From positions 288,001-352,000 of the forward strand of contig OY970223.1 of NCBI GenBank assembly GCA_963714015.1: DNA of 64,000 nt, given 5' to 3'. The stretch's first letter is position 1, and each line of letters starts with the position of its first letter. Both the position numbers and the translations under genes were made by a program. Source of the DNA: Vulcanimicrobiota bacterium. GTDB lineage: Bacteria; Vulcanimicrobiota; Vulcanimicrobiia; Vulcanimicrobiales; Vulcanimicrobiaceae. The notes beneath the pieces are model-generated. The model was not told where the DNA came from, ran no database searches, and saw nothing but the letters and a program-made list of their open reading frames with translations. Shown here piece after piece: positions 30,694-40,595 of the stretch.

Positions 30694-30965
30694 GTTGTAG
30701 ACTTTTCGTCGCCGGCTATCCGCGCGAGGCATCGAAGGCCGACCTAGCGCTGCTTTTCCGCCAATTCGGCGCCGGCGAAGACGACGTCACCTTCCCGCGC
30801 GACCGGCGCAGCCGCCGAAAGAAAGGTTACGCGTACGTCACCGTGGGCGACGACCAAAAGGCCGAGGCTGCCGTCAAGACGCTCAACCTTTTTGAGATCG
30901 ACGGAAAACAGCTCACCGTGATCCGCGCCGAAGACCGTCCGCCCAAGCGTCCGCGGCGCCGTTGA
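30690..30965 (+). CDS. RRM (RNP-1) RNA-binding protein
   Basis: LFVAG (RNP2), KGYAYV (RNP1), LNLFEIDGKQLTV. Confidence 0.8.
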   Translation: MSCRLFVAGYPREASKADLALLFRQFGAGEDDVTFPRDRRSRRKKGYAYVTVGDDQKAEAAVKTLNLFEIDGKQLTVIRAEDRPPKRPRRR

Positions 30966-31009
30966 AGAGTTCGCCGCGGGATTCTGGCGGCTGAAAAGAT
31001 AGCCTCACG

Positions 31010-33784
31010 TTAACCGACAATTTGCGCACAGGGCGCGCAGAGTAGCGGATGCTTCGGGTTGCTGCCCAGCGGCAGGTATTTCCAGCAGCGCGCGCACTTC
31101 CCGCCGTCCGACGGCCGCAAATCCATCGCCGCATCGGTGCCCTTTACAATCTCGATTGCCGAAACGACCAGCGCTTCACGCACGTCTTCGGCATGCGGCT
31201 TGAAACGATCGTACAGCGGTTCGGGCAACGTCAGTGTTGCCTGCAATTCGTAGTCGCGTTTTCCTTCGCTTGCCGCGACGACCGAACGCCAGCGCTTCAA
31301 CTCGTTCCATGAGGTTTGGACGTCGCCGTCGACAGGCTTAGCTGCGCCGACTGTCAGATCGAAGACGCTTTCGCGGTCGCCGCGCAGCAGTTGCGGAAGA
31401 GATTGCCAGGCTTCTTCAGCGGTGAACGAGAGCACCGGCGCGAGCACCGTCAAGAATCTTTCGAGCACGTGCAGAACGGCGCTCTGCGCGCTGCGCCTGC
31501 CATCCGAATCAGCGGCGCTCGAATACAGCCGATCCTTGAGCGCATCGAGATAGAACCTCGAGAGATCGTCTCCATCGAAGCGGACGATCTCCAGATACGC
31601 GTCGTGCAGCCTGTAGTTGAACAGATGCTCGTAGACGCGCGCCGCCCACTGATCCGTGACGGAGCAGGCGAGCCGGTCGTACCAATTCATGCGCTCGAAC
31701 GGAATCGTTCGATGCGGCGTGAGATCGTCGACGTTGGCGAGCATGAATCGAACGCGATTACGGATGTTGCGGTAGACGCGGCTGACCTGTTCGACCACGT
31801 TGGGGCCGAAGCGCACGTCGTCGATGAACTCGACGGAAGCGGCCCACAGGCGCAAGACGTCGGCGCCCCATTTGGACATCGCGTCGTTCGCGTCGATGCC
31901 GGTACCGAGCGATTTGCTCATCGGCCGGCCATGCTCGTCGTTGACCCAGCCGTTTTTCAAAACGTGCTTGTACGGCGCCGTGCCTTTAACCGCCGTCGAC
32001 GTGACGATCGAACTGCGAAACCAGCCGCGGTATTGGTCGCCGCCTTCCAGTACCAAATCACTCGGCCACGGAATGCCGTCCTTGCCGAGCACCGCCAAAT
32101 GCGTTACGCCGGACTCGAACCAGATGTCGACGATGTTTTTCTCTTTCTCGAAGCGGTTGCGGCCGCATTTGGGGCAGCGGAATCCCGGCGGAAGAAAGAC
32201 GTCCAGCGGGTCGCTCCACCACGTGTCGGCGCCGAACTCGCGAAAGTGTTTGGCAGCGTTGCGGGCGACGTGCGCATCGAGCACCGACTCGTTGCATCCA
32301 AGGCACACGACCGCGGGAATCGGCGTACCCCAGGTTCGTTGACGCGAGATGCACCACTCCGGGTGATTCTCGAGCATCTGCTCGATGCGGTTCTCGCCCC
32401 ATGCCGGCGTCCAGTCGACGTCGCGAATGTTTTCGATCGTCCGTTTGCGCAAGCGGTTCTGATCCATCGCGATGAACCACTGGGCCGTCGCGCGGAAGAT
32501 CACCGGATTATGGCACCGCCAGCAGTGCGGATAACTATGCGTGATTTCGAACGCGTTCCAAAGCGCTCCGCTCGCACGCAGATCCTCGACGATCTTGGGA
32601 TTTGCCTTCCAGATGTGCATGCCGGCGTAGGGACCGGCTTCATCCGTGAAAACCCCGCGCGCATCGACGGGATTGAGAATCGGCAGATTGAACCGCAGGC
32701 CGGTGTCGAAGTCGTCGGCGCCATGTCCGGGAGCGGTGTGTACGACGCCCGTGCCCGTTTCCAAATCGACGTAATCCGCGGTAACGACGTCCGAATCGCG
32801 ATCCATGAAAGGATGCCGCACCGCCAGGCCGCTGAGTGCGTCGCCGCGGGCAGAACCGAGTTTCTTGAACTGACCGAAGTGCTCGCCCAGCGCCGGTGCT
32901 GCGAGCGCCTCCGCGACGATGAATGCATCCTCGCCGTGAGTGTACAGGCCGTAGTCCGCGTCGGGTTTGAGCGCGACGGCCACATTAGCGGGCAAGGTCC
33001 ACGGCGTCGTGGTCCAGATCAAGAAAGACACCCGTTGGGGCACCGCCGCCAACGCCTCCAACGCCTCTCTCGAGCTTCCCAGCCGGCTCAAAAGAGCGAC
33101 GCGCTGCTGGGCGGAGGCTGAAAAGCGCACGTAGATCGACGGCGAGACTTTCTCGCTATACTCGATCTCGGCTTCGGCGAGCGCGGTTTGATCGTGCACG
33201 CACCACAACGTCGAGCGCAGGCCCTTGTAGATTTGACCGCTCTGCGCCAAATCGGCGAGCGCATCGACGATCGTTCCTTCGAACTGCGGATCGATTGTGC
33301 GGTAGGGTTTCTCCCACGTTCCGAAGTTGCCCATGCGCATGCGCGTGCCGCGCTGCTGATCGAGCCAGTAGAGGGCGCGTTCCTTGCACTTGTTGCGCAA
33401 ATCGATGGGATCGATGTCGTGAAAATCTTTGATCTTCAAGTGCTTGAGCGTCTCGAATTCGATCGGAAGCCCGTGCATATCCCAGCCCGGCACGAACTTC
33501 GCCCAGCGGCCGTCGAGAAGGGCAATCTTCACGAACACGTCTTTTAAGACCATGTTCAGAAAGTGGCCCATGTGCAGCTGACCGTTCGCATACGGAGGAC
33601 CGTCGTGCAAAATCCACGGCTCGCGCGATTTGTTGCGCGCCAAGCGCCGCTCGTACGTGCGATGCTGCTCCCACCACGCTACGCGATCGGGTTCGCGTTT
33701 GGGTAAATCGGCTTTCATCGGAAAGCTCGTCACCGGAAGGTTGAGCGTATCGCGGTAGTCCCGCTGCGCGGTCGTATCGGTCAT
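31010..33784 (-). CDS. ileS: Isoleucine--tRNA ligase (type 1)
   Basis: DGPPYANG-HMGH, PGWDMHGLPIE, WCISRQR, MSKS, C-terminal KCARCW zinc finger. Confidence 0.98.
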   Translation of the reverse strand: MTDTTAQRDYRDTLNLPVTSFPMKADLPKREPDRVAWWEQHRTYERRLARNKSREPWILHDGPPYANGQLHMGHFLNMVLKDVFVKIALLDGRWAKFVPGWDMHGLPIEFETLKHLKIKDFHDIDPIDLRNKCKERALYWLDQQRGTRMRMGNFGTWEKPYRTIDPQFEGTIVDALADLAQSGQIYKGLRSTLWCVHDQTALAEAEIEYSEKVSPSIYVRFSASAQQRVALLSRLGSSREALEALAAVPQRVSFLIWTTTPWTLPANVAVALKPDADYGLYTHGEDAFIVAEALAAPALGEHFGQFKKLGSARGDALSGLAVRHPFMDRDSDVVTADYVDLETGTGVVHTAPGHGADDFDTGLRFNLPILNPVDARGVFTDEAGPYAGMHIWKANPKIVEDLRASGALWNAFEITHSYPHCWRCHNPVIFRATAQWFIAMDQNRLRKRTIENIRDVDWTPAWGENRIEQMLENHPEWCISRQRTWGTPIPAVVCLGCNESVLDAHVARNAAKHFREFGADTWWSDPLDVFLPPGFRCPKCGRNRFEKEKNIVDIWFESGVTHLAVLGKDGIPWPSDLVLEGGDQYRGWFRSSIVTSTAVKGTAPYKHVLKNGWVNDEHGRPMSKSLGTGIDANDAMSKWGADVLRLWAASVEFIDDVRFGPNVVEQVSRVYRNIRNRVRFMLANVDDLTPHRTIPFERMNWYDRLACSVTDQWAARVYEHLFNYRLHDAYLEIVRFDGDDLSRFYLDALKDRLYSSAADSDGRRSAQSAVLHVLERFLTVLAPVLSFTAEEAWQSLPQLLRGDRESVFDLTVGAAKPVDGDVQTSWNELKRWRSVVAASEGKRDYELQATLTLPEPLYDRFKPHAEDVREALVVSAIEIVKGTDAAMDLRPSDGGKCARCWKYLPLGSNPKHPLLCAPCAQIVG

Positions 33785-34881
33785 AGTCCTCTCCCTTCGA
33801 CGACCTGGTCCAGAACGTCGAAGTTGCGGCGCGCCGCCGCGCGCAAACGTTCGCCGGCACCGAGAAGATGCGCGCGGAGCGACTCGCGCTCGTTCCAGAG
33901 CCGGTCTACGAGCGTGTCGGCTGCTTCTGCGCTGGGTCTGCCCGCCTGTGAGTCGGGCAGAATCAGCGGCGGCAGCGGGTATTCCAGATCTTCGCAAAGA
34001 GCCGAGACTTTCGGATCGTACGGAATCGCGAGAAACGGCACACCATAGCGGGCCGCGAGAATCAGCGCGTGCAGTCGCATGCCGATCACGGCTTTCGCTT
34101 CGCGGATGATGTTGGCTGCTCGCGCGAGCGTGCACTCCGGCAAGAGTACCGGCGCGCTTTTGCACTTACGGATGATCTGGGTCGAGATTTCCGCATCCGG
34201 CGCCCCGCCAAGCGGCAAGAACGCGACCCGTGCGGCGTACCGGTCCGAGAGACGATCGACCGCTCGAACGACCACATCCATGCGATCCCGCATGCTGCTC
34301 GCTTTTCGAACGCTGACGACCACCAGCGGATCGCTTCCCGCGCCCAGCCCCTCGGCCGTCAGGTCGACGTCTTGTTCGGGAACATCGTAAAGAAAGACCG
34401 GATCTGCCGTGTGCTCCACGCGGGCCTCCGGAAGAATCGATGACAGCAGCCCCTGCGATCGCGCGTCGCGCACCGTTGCGGCGTCGATGCCTTTGCAGCA
34501 CTCCTTGACGATCGTCTTTCCCCAAAAATCCAGCGGACCGATCGATTGCGCAAAGATCATGGCGCCGCGGTCAGCCGCCGCGGCGGCTCGAATAATTCCG
34601 GCATAATAGACCAAACTTCGTAAGCTGGTGGCATTTTGAAGCAGGCCTCCGCCGCCCGACAGCACAACGTCGGCGCGCCGAATTGAGGCGCGGACCGCCT
34701 TGGCATCCCAGCGCGGCGTTGCTTCAACCCGCAATTCGTGCGCCGTGTCCGGGGCATTTGCGGACAGCACGTCGATCTCGGCGTACGGATGGCGCGTCCG
34801 CAGTTGCGAGACGATTACCTCGAGCAGCGCTTCATCGCCCAAATTCCCAAACCCGTAATATCCGCTAATGAGAAAACGCAC
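33781..34881 (-). CDS. csaB: Polysaccharide pyruvyl transferase CsaB
   Basis: ISGYYGFGNLGDEA, SGGGGLLQ, AQSIGP, VRD, GMRLHA, YDPKV. Confidence 0.93.
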   Translation of the reverse strand: MRFLISGYYGFGNLGDEALLEVIVSQLRTRHPYAEIDVLSANAPDTAHELRVEATPRWDAKAVRASIRRADVVLSGGGGLLQNATSLRSLVYYAGIIRAAAAADRGAMIFAQSIGPLDFWGKTIVKECCKGIDAATVRDARSQGLLSSILPEARVEHTADPVFLYDVPEQDVDLTAEGLGAGSDPLVVVSVRKASSMRDRMDVVVRAVDRLSDRYAARVAFLPLGGAPDAEISTQIIRKCKSAPVLLPECTLARAANIIREAKAVIGMRLHALILAARYGVPFLAIPYDPKVSALCEDLEYPLPPLILPDSQAGRPSAEAADTLVDRLWNERESLRAHLLGAGERLRAAARRNFDVLDQVVEGRGL

Positions 34882-36873
34882 GATCGGCCCACCGGTATAC
34901 TACAACGGCAATCGCACCGATAATTACGCCGATTACCAAACCGTTGAAGACCCGCAGGAGTGAGATGAGCAGCGGCGTGTGAATGTGTGAAAACGTGTCG
35001 ATGACGTCGCCGATTCCGACACCGATGCCCAGCGCCAGCAATATTCCTACAGCTCGGCGATGCTCGCGCCGCAGGGCAGGCAACAGCATAAGCAGCGGAA
35101 ATCCAATCACGAATTCTTTGAAGCGCGGCCGAACGCTCAGCAATTCGGTGAGGTGATGCCGCAGCGCGAGTTCGAAGTTCGACGGTGCGATGTCGCTTTG
35201 ATTGCCGCTCCGAACCAGGACGAGCGCCCCGATGCCGAGCACTGCGCACGCCAGCAGCAGCTGATAGACGCGAATCGGCGCAGTAAAGGCGTCACGCGGC
35301 GTCTGGATTCCGGAATCGAAACGATCGGTAAACAGGTAGACGGCGAGCGCTATGAGCGGCGGCAGCGCAAGGACCAGTTTCACGCCGCGAAATGGTTCGA
35401 CTTCCTCCATCACGAGCGGTGAACTCATCAAGCCTACGACGGTGAGCGCGCCCAAAAGCGCGACGCCGGTTGCAGCAAGCGTCCAAAGAACGCTGCTGCC
35501 CAGCACCGGCCCTGTTCGGGTTTCGGGATCGCGAGAAAAGGCCGGAGCCAGTACGGTGAATGCGGCCGCTGCAAAAAGTAGCGCGCCGCAGAGGGCGATG
35601 ATCGATCGTGCCGAGCAGGTCGTGTCCCGAAAGCAATCCGCCCAGATAAACACCAATCGTCCCCGCGTACGCCACGATCGCCCACGACGGTCGATACCAC
35701 CCGAACCACCCGAGAAGCAGCACAAAGATCGACGGAACGGCCAAAGCGCCTATCCCGACCAAAACGCGGTTGTTTCCCCGGTACAGCGGGACGGGGGCGG
35801 CACGTCCCAGCCGAAATCCGTGGGCGCGCAGATCGGACGCGAGCTCCTTCACGATCTCGACGTTGGTCTTCTCGATCGACATTTTGTTGTATTGATGCTC
35901 GAACGGACGCAAATAGACGACGCGTACGTTGCGCTCGCGCACCCCCAGCTCGTAGCGCGCGACGATTTGCGGCACCGTCGAGCTTGTCCAGCTCGAGCTT
36001 GCTGATCGCCTGTACGCGGACCGTCTGTCCCGGAATCTCGCGAGCGAGTTCGTCGTTGCCCTTTTGCACTTGACCGGCGTCGTACGTTTCGATTTCGCCG
36101 AAATTCGTCGCCTTGCGCGCTTTGAATACCGCCGCGGTGTCGGCAACGTGGTCCGGGAAACCGAGCACTTGATTGCGCAGACCGAAGAAAATTACCGTCG
36201 AGATCCACTTGCCGGCATGGAGATCGTCGAACATCTGGGCGATCTGACCATCCTGCAGCCGCTCGTCGTTCTGGAATCGCGGAATGACGAAGAATCCCAG
36301 CTTGCGAGCGAGTTGTACTTGGTCGCCCGGAATACCCAACGACGTCGAATTGAAGAAGTCGCTCTGCGTGCGCAGGGCGATGACGTACGGCACGCTTGCG
36401 TGCAGTACCCGGATTCCGGATCGCTCGTAGTGCAGCGGCAACTGCTGAAGGTACCGGTCGAACGCCGGTTTGTCGTACACGAGCAGGTAGACCGACCCGG
36501 AGCGCACCATACCGCGGCGCACCAGATCCGCGAGGGTCGGATTTGCGATCGAAGAAACGCGCGCGGCGTCGTTCAGCGCTATTCCGGAGATCGCATAGGC
36601 CGTCGGGCTGGCCGATCCGCTCAACGAACTACCAAGTTCCTCGGATAAGGCAAGCGAGGTAAGGCCCGCGCGACGCAGCTGCACCAACAGATCGACCGGC
36701 TTATAATTGTACGAACGCGTCAGCGCCAGAAAATCGTTGTAGTCCATCGCGATCTCGACGCGCTGGGTGCGCTGTTCGACCCGAAGACGAAACCCGGCGA
36801 CGCAGATGCAAGCCAACAGCCCGATGAAAAGCAAGAACGCGGCGTACCGCGTTCGGCGATCTATCCGATTCAC
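34865..36873 (-). CDS. DUF5693 family membrane protein (two frameshifts near 35970 and 35610)
   Basis: Three consecutive ORF pieces: VEIAMDY..., ERNVRVVYLRP, FRGVKL...RSGN...RPRFKEF...TFSHIHTPL; upstream of csaB. Confidence 0.8.
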
Positions 36874-36890
36874 GAGCCCTGCACTTCGAG

Positions 36891-36925
36891 CAAAAAACAG
36901 GAAGGCCCGCCGTAGGCGAGCCTTC
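36891..36925 (-). terminator. Intrinsic terminator immediately upstream of the DUF5693 start
   Basis: Minus strand GAAGGCTCGC-CTACG-GCGGGCCTTC followed by CTGTTTTTT. Confidence 0.7.
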
Positions 36926-37008
36926 ACTGCCGTCGCGTATGCGGTTTCCCGCATACCGGGTGTGGGCGACGTCTTTTCGCAGCGCTCGCAGCACAGCCCA
37001 CAAGATTT
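36926..37008 (-). ncRNA. Candidate structured leader or small RNA (family not recognised)
   Basis: Stem TGTGGGC/GCCCACA, hairpin GTATGCGG-GAAA-CCGCATAC, TACACT -10-like box at 37015-37020, then terminator. Confidence 0.4.
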
Positions 37009-37072
37009 GCGGCGAGTGTACAGGGCATTGGCGCGAAGGGGAAGACGCCCCTGCGCAGTTTCCTATGCCTGC

Positions 37073-37861
37073 TCAAATATTAACAGAACTTTCTTCGTGC
37101 CGCCACCGTGCCGTTCGTCTCTCTAAAAAGGCCCCGATGCCCTCTTGGGCATCCGCTTCCAGGGCATTCCGTACCATGACCCCCTTCGCGTAGCGGTACG
37201 CGTCGGCTTGATCCATCTCGATCTGCCGGTAGAACGCGGATTTTCCCAGAGAGAGGACCAACCGGCTTGCCTCGGCGATTTTGTGCGCCAATTTCATGGC
37301 CTGCTCGTGCAGCTCGGCAGCAGGAACGACCCGGTTGACGAGTCCCCATTCAGCAGCTGTTTGCGCGTCGACAAAATCGCCCGTCAGCAACATTTCCATC
37401 GCGCGTTTTCTTCCCACGGCGCGCGTCAGCGCAACCATCGGCGTCGAGCAGAACAGTCCTATCCGCACACCCGGCGCAGCGAACTTCGCCTCCGTTGCCG
37501 CTACCGCCAAATCGCACGTCGCCACGAGCTGGCAACCGGCGGCGGTGGCAACCGTGGCAACTTCGGCGATCACCGGTTGCGGAATGCCCTGAATCGTTTC
37601 CATTAGTCGAACGCAGACGTCGAAGATCTCGTCGTAAGCCGCAACGTCACCGCACTGCAGCTCCCGCAGGTCGTGCCCCGCGCTGAAAGCCGGCCCTTCG
37701 GCCCGAAGAATTGCGACCGGAACATCGCGTTCTTCGGCGATCTCCTCGAATGCCGCAATCAATTCGCGCATGACGTCGAGCGAAAGCGCGTTGCGCTTCT
37801 CCGGGCGATTCATCGTGAGGACCGCGATGCCGTCTTCGCGGGTCATGGATACGTTCTGCAT
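37073..37861 (-). CDS. Enoyl-CoA hydratase family protein (ECHDC3-like)
   Basis: NRPEKRNALS, FSAGHDL, ATAAGCQLVATCDLAVA, GLFCSTPMVAL. Confidence 0.93.
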   Translation of the reverse strand: MQNVSMTREDGIAVLTMNRPEKRNALSLDVMRELIAAFEEIAEERDVPVAILRAEGPAFSAGHDLRELQCGDVAAYDEIFDVCVRLMETIQGIPQPVIAEVATVATAAGCQLVATCDLAVAATEAKFAAPGVRIGLFCSTPMVALTRAVGRKRAMEMLLTGDFVDAQTAAEWGLVNRVVPAAELHEQAMKLAHKIAEASRLVLSLGKSAFYRQIEMDQADAYRYAKGVMVRNALEADAQEGIGAFLERRTARWRHEESSVNI

Positions 37862-37982
37862 GATTTGAACGGCTTCGGCGACGCGCCCGAGTTTCCGTTC
37901 AAAAAATGATGCCGCCCTCACCGAAGGTAGTGCAAAAGACACTCTTTTACGCCCATGGCGGCTCTGGTATCGTAACAGCGTG

Positions 37983-39574
37983 ATGCGCCTAGCTGAAAAA
38001 TGCACAACTGGCTGCTATTTTGCCCGTGCTCGTGCTTTGGTCGTGCAGCGGGACGAGCCACAGCTTGCCTTCCACGCCGGCGACTCAGACGGCGCGCAAC
38101 GCTCCTCTCCGAACGGCCGCGGGCAGGCCGGTGAGCCAGACCGACTGGGATTCGTTCGCATACGACCTTCAGCGCACGGGCTACAATTCGCGTGAAACCA
38201 TGGTGGGGCCAAGTAACGTGGGATCGCTGCAGAAGCTTTGGTCTCTCAACGTCGGTGTATTGCCCATGCGCGAGCCCGCATTGGCAAGCAACGTCACCGT
38301 AAAAGGACAACCAACGAACGTCCTTTACGTCGGCTCGAACGACGGAGCCACGCTGGACGCCCTCAACGCTCGGACGGGTGCCGCGATCTGGCAGCAGCCC
38401 ATTCCGCCCCTTTCATATAAATGTGATGGTGTCGGCATGTCGCGTCAGTGGTCGGACGGCGCGACGCCCGCCATCGATCGTAAGACCGGCCGAATTTACG
38501 TCGCCGACGGTCTGGGAAAGATCCATGCATTCTCCCTCGCAACCGGTGACGCGGTCGCGGGCTGGCCGATCTTAGTCTGCTAACAGCGAGAGCGGCCACG
38601 ACCTGATCCATTCCGGCCTCACGTACAACTCGGCCAACGGAATGCTCTACGTGGAAACGAGCTCGCCCTGCGACTGGACGCCGTGGCGCGGACGCATCGT
38701 CGCGATCGACACGGCGACCCGCAAAGTCGTTCGAACGTTCTATATCGTCACCCAAGCCGGACACCCGCTGCAAGGCGGCGGCGGAATTTGGGCGAGCGGA
38801 GGCGCTTCAATCGATCCCGGCACCAACGACGTATTGATCTCCACCGGAAACGCGGACGCATCCGTCGGGTTGCCGCAGAATTACGATTACGCTGAGAACG
38901 TCGTCGAGTTGTCGCCTGACTTGAGCTCCGTCGTAGCGGCGAATTATCCGGCGAACATTCCGCACATCGAAGGCATGGACGATTTCGACTTCGGCTCGAC
39001 GCCGGTGATATTCACGCCGCCGGGATGTCCGGAAATGACTGCGGCTTTGAACAAGTCCGGAATGTTCGAATTGTACGACGTCTCAACGATCTCCGACGGC
39101 CCGGTCCAATACGTGCAAATGTCGATTTCGACCGACAGCGGAGATTTTCAAAATGAGGTCGTCTACGATCCGGTCACGAACTATCTCTACATCGGATTAC
39201 CGGCGACGTTCAGCATTTACAAGCCGGGGTTGGGCGCCTTCGCCATGCAGTCCAACTGTACGATAAATCCGACGCCCGTCTGGAACGCGGATTTCGGCCC
39301 GGACGGTGCGACGTCCAAGAGCGTGCCGCGGTCGTCCGTTACCGCGGCGAACGGCGTCGTCTACGTGAGCAATTCGACCGGCGACACCGAATTTGCATTC
39401 AACGCGCAGTCCGGCTCGCAGCTCTGGAGCACGCCGCTTGCAGGGGTCGGCAAACCCGGTACGATTGTCGCAAACGGCATTGTGTACGTTATGGACAATT
39501 CCGGAAATCTCACGGCTTGGGGCCTTCCTTCCGAGAGCAGCGTCCCCGCTCTGCCGCAGCTCGTTCAGCACTAA
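37983..39574 (+). CDS. PQQ-like beta-propeller lipoprotein (frameshifts near 37996 and 38578)
   Basis: Lipobox LWSC, WDSFAYDLQRTGYN, ALNARTGAAIW, DFDFGSTP, AFNAQSGSQLW. Confidence 0.75.
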
Positions 39575-39599
39575 ACGCGAATTCCGGATCGAAGAAAAG

Positions 39600-39676
39600 T
39601 GGTGGGCGATGACGGGCTCGAACCGCCGACATCCTCCTTGTAAGGGAGGCGCTCTCCCAGCTCGAGCTAATCGCCC
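39600..39676 (-). tRNA. tRNA-Val (anticodon TAC) with encoded CCA
   Basis: GGGCGATTAGCTC...CCTCC-CTTACAA-GGAGG...GGTTCGAGCCC...TCGCCCACCA cloverleaf; TAGAAT -10 upstream. Confidence 0.96.
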
Positions 39677-39844
39677 GTGGCTCTATTCTATATACGTTTT
39701 TCCGTCGTGCGCGATTTTGGGCGCATCCTAGACCCTCGCCATTACCCTTGTGCCACTCAAATGACATCTGCGCGGGCCCATGGGAGACGCCTAGCTTGTC
39801 CGCGGCGCGACGCTTAGCCTCTCGCGCTCTTTTCGACGCGTCTG

Positions 39845-40192
39845 ATGGCAGCGAGGACGGGCGGCGCGGGGCCGGAATTTCGTCGCATGTACTTTAGCGG
39901 CAGCGACGGCCGTCCGGAGGGCACGCGGAGCGACGTCAAGACTGAGAAGTGCCCAAAGTGCGGAAGCGCCCACATTCGTCGAATCGCTTATGGATTTCCC
40001 GGGCCCGACGCGGACGAAGCGACGGAGCATGGCACGATCGCTATGGGCGGGTGCGTGATAGACGCGCGTTCGCGCGAATGGGAATGCGCGGATTGCAACG
40101 TCACGTTCAACGACGGCGGCGCCGACATGCTCGAGCCGATCGATTATCGTCCGGAATGGGTCCGCCGGCAACAGCAAGGTCCAGATGAATGA
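39845..40192 (+). CDS. Small zinc-ribbon-like hypothetical protein
   Basis: CPKCGS...IAYGFP...GGC...WECADC. Confidence 0.6.
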   Translation: MAARTGGAGPEFRRMYFSGSDGRPEGTRSDVKTEKCPKCGSAHIRRIAYGFPGPDADEATEHGTIAMGGCVIDARSREWECADCNVTFNDGGADMLEPIDYRPEWVRRQQQGPDE

Positions 40193-40595
40193 TGAGTCCT
40201 TCGTCGGCGTTGTACTTAACAACGCAAGCCGCTACGATATCGGGACGCTCGAGAAGATCATACACGGTTTAAACGATAACATCGCCGGCTGGCGATGGGG
40301 AAAACCGCCTGGACTCAAAGTCGGCACCAACATTGAAGCAATTCTGTTCGACGCACCAAGTTTCGTACAGTACGGCACCGTCGTCCGCTTATCTCCGAAG
40401 GGCTGTAAGATTGAAAGCCCCGGATCGTGCCGCGCGGCATGCGCTTCTAACGTATCGAGCCACGTCAGGGATCGACTGTGGTCGAAACGGCGCAGACTAG
40501 GTAATGCGACTTTGCATGGATTGCGCTATAATGACAACATGCTTTGCATGATCGATCAGAGCTTGCATGTGGCCACGCTGGCGATCCGCACTTAG
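40185..40595 (+). CDS. Hypothetical protein (possibly a fragment)
   Basis: ORF overlapping the previous stop codon; no recognisable motif. Confidence 0.3.
   Translation: MNDESFVGVVLNNASRYDIGTLEKIIHGLNDNIAGWRWGKPPGLKVGTNIEAILFDAPSFVQYGTVVRLSPKGCKIESPGSCRAACASNVSSHVRDRLWSKRRRLGNATLHGLRYNDNMLCMIDQSLHVATLAIRT

Noticed and set aside
31316..33121. 601-aa plus-strand ORF and similar long antisense ORFs (4807-5979, 22343-23371, 29776-30732)
   Set aside because: Shadow ORFs opposite well-supported genes, expected in high-GC DNA; no recognisable motifs
36926..36960. Resemblance of CCGGTATGCGGGAAACCGCATACG to group II intron domain V, an HDV-like ribozyme or a T-box
   Set aside because: Lacks the domain V bulge and any intron ORF, the HDV L3 consensus and the T-box UGGN motif; kept only as an unclassified structured RNA
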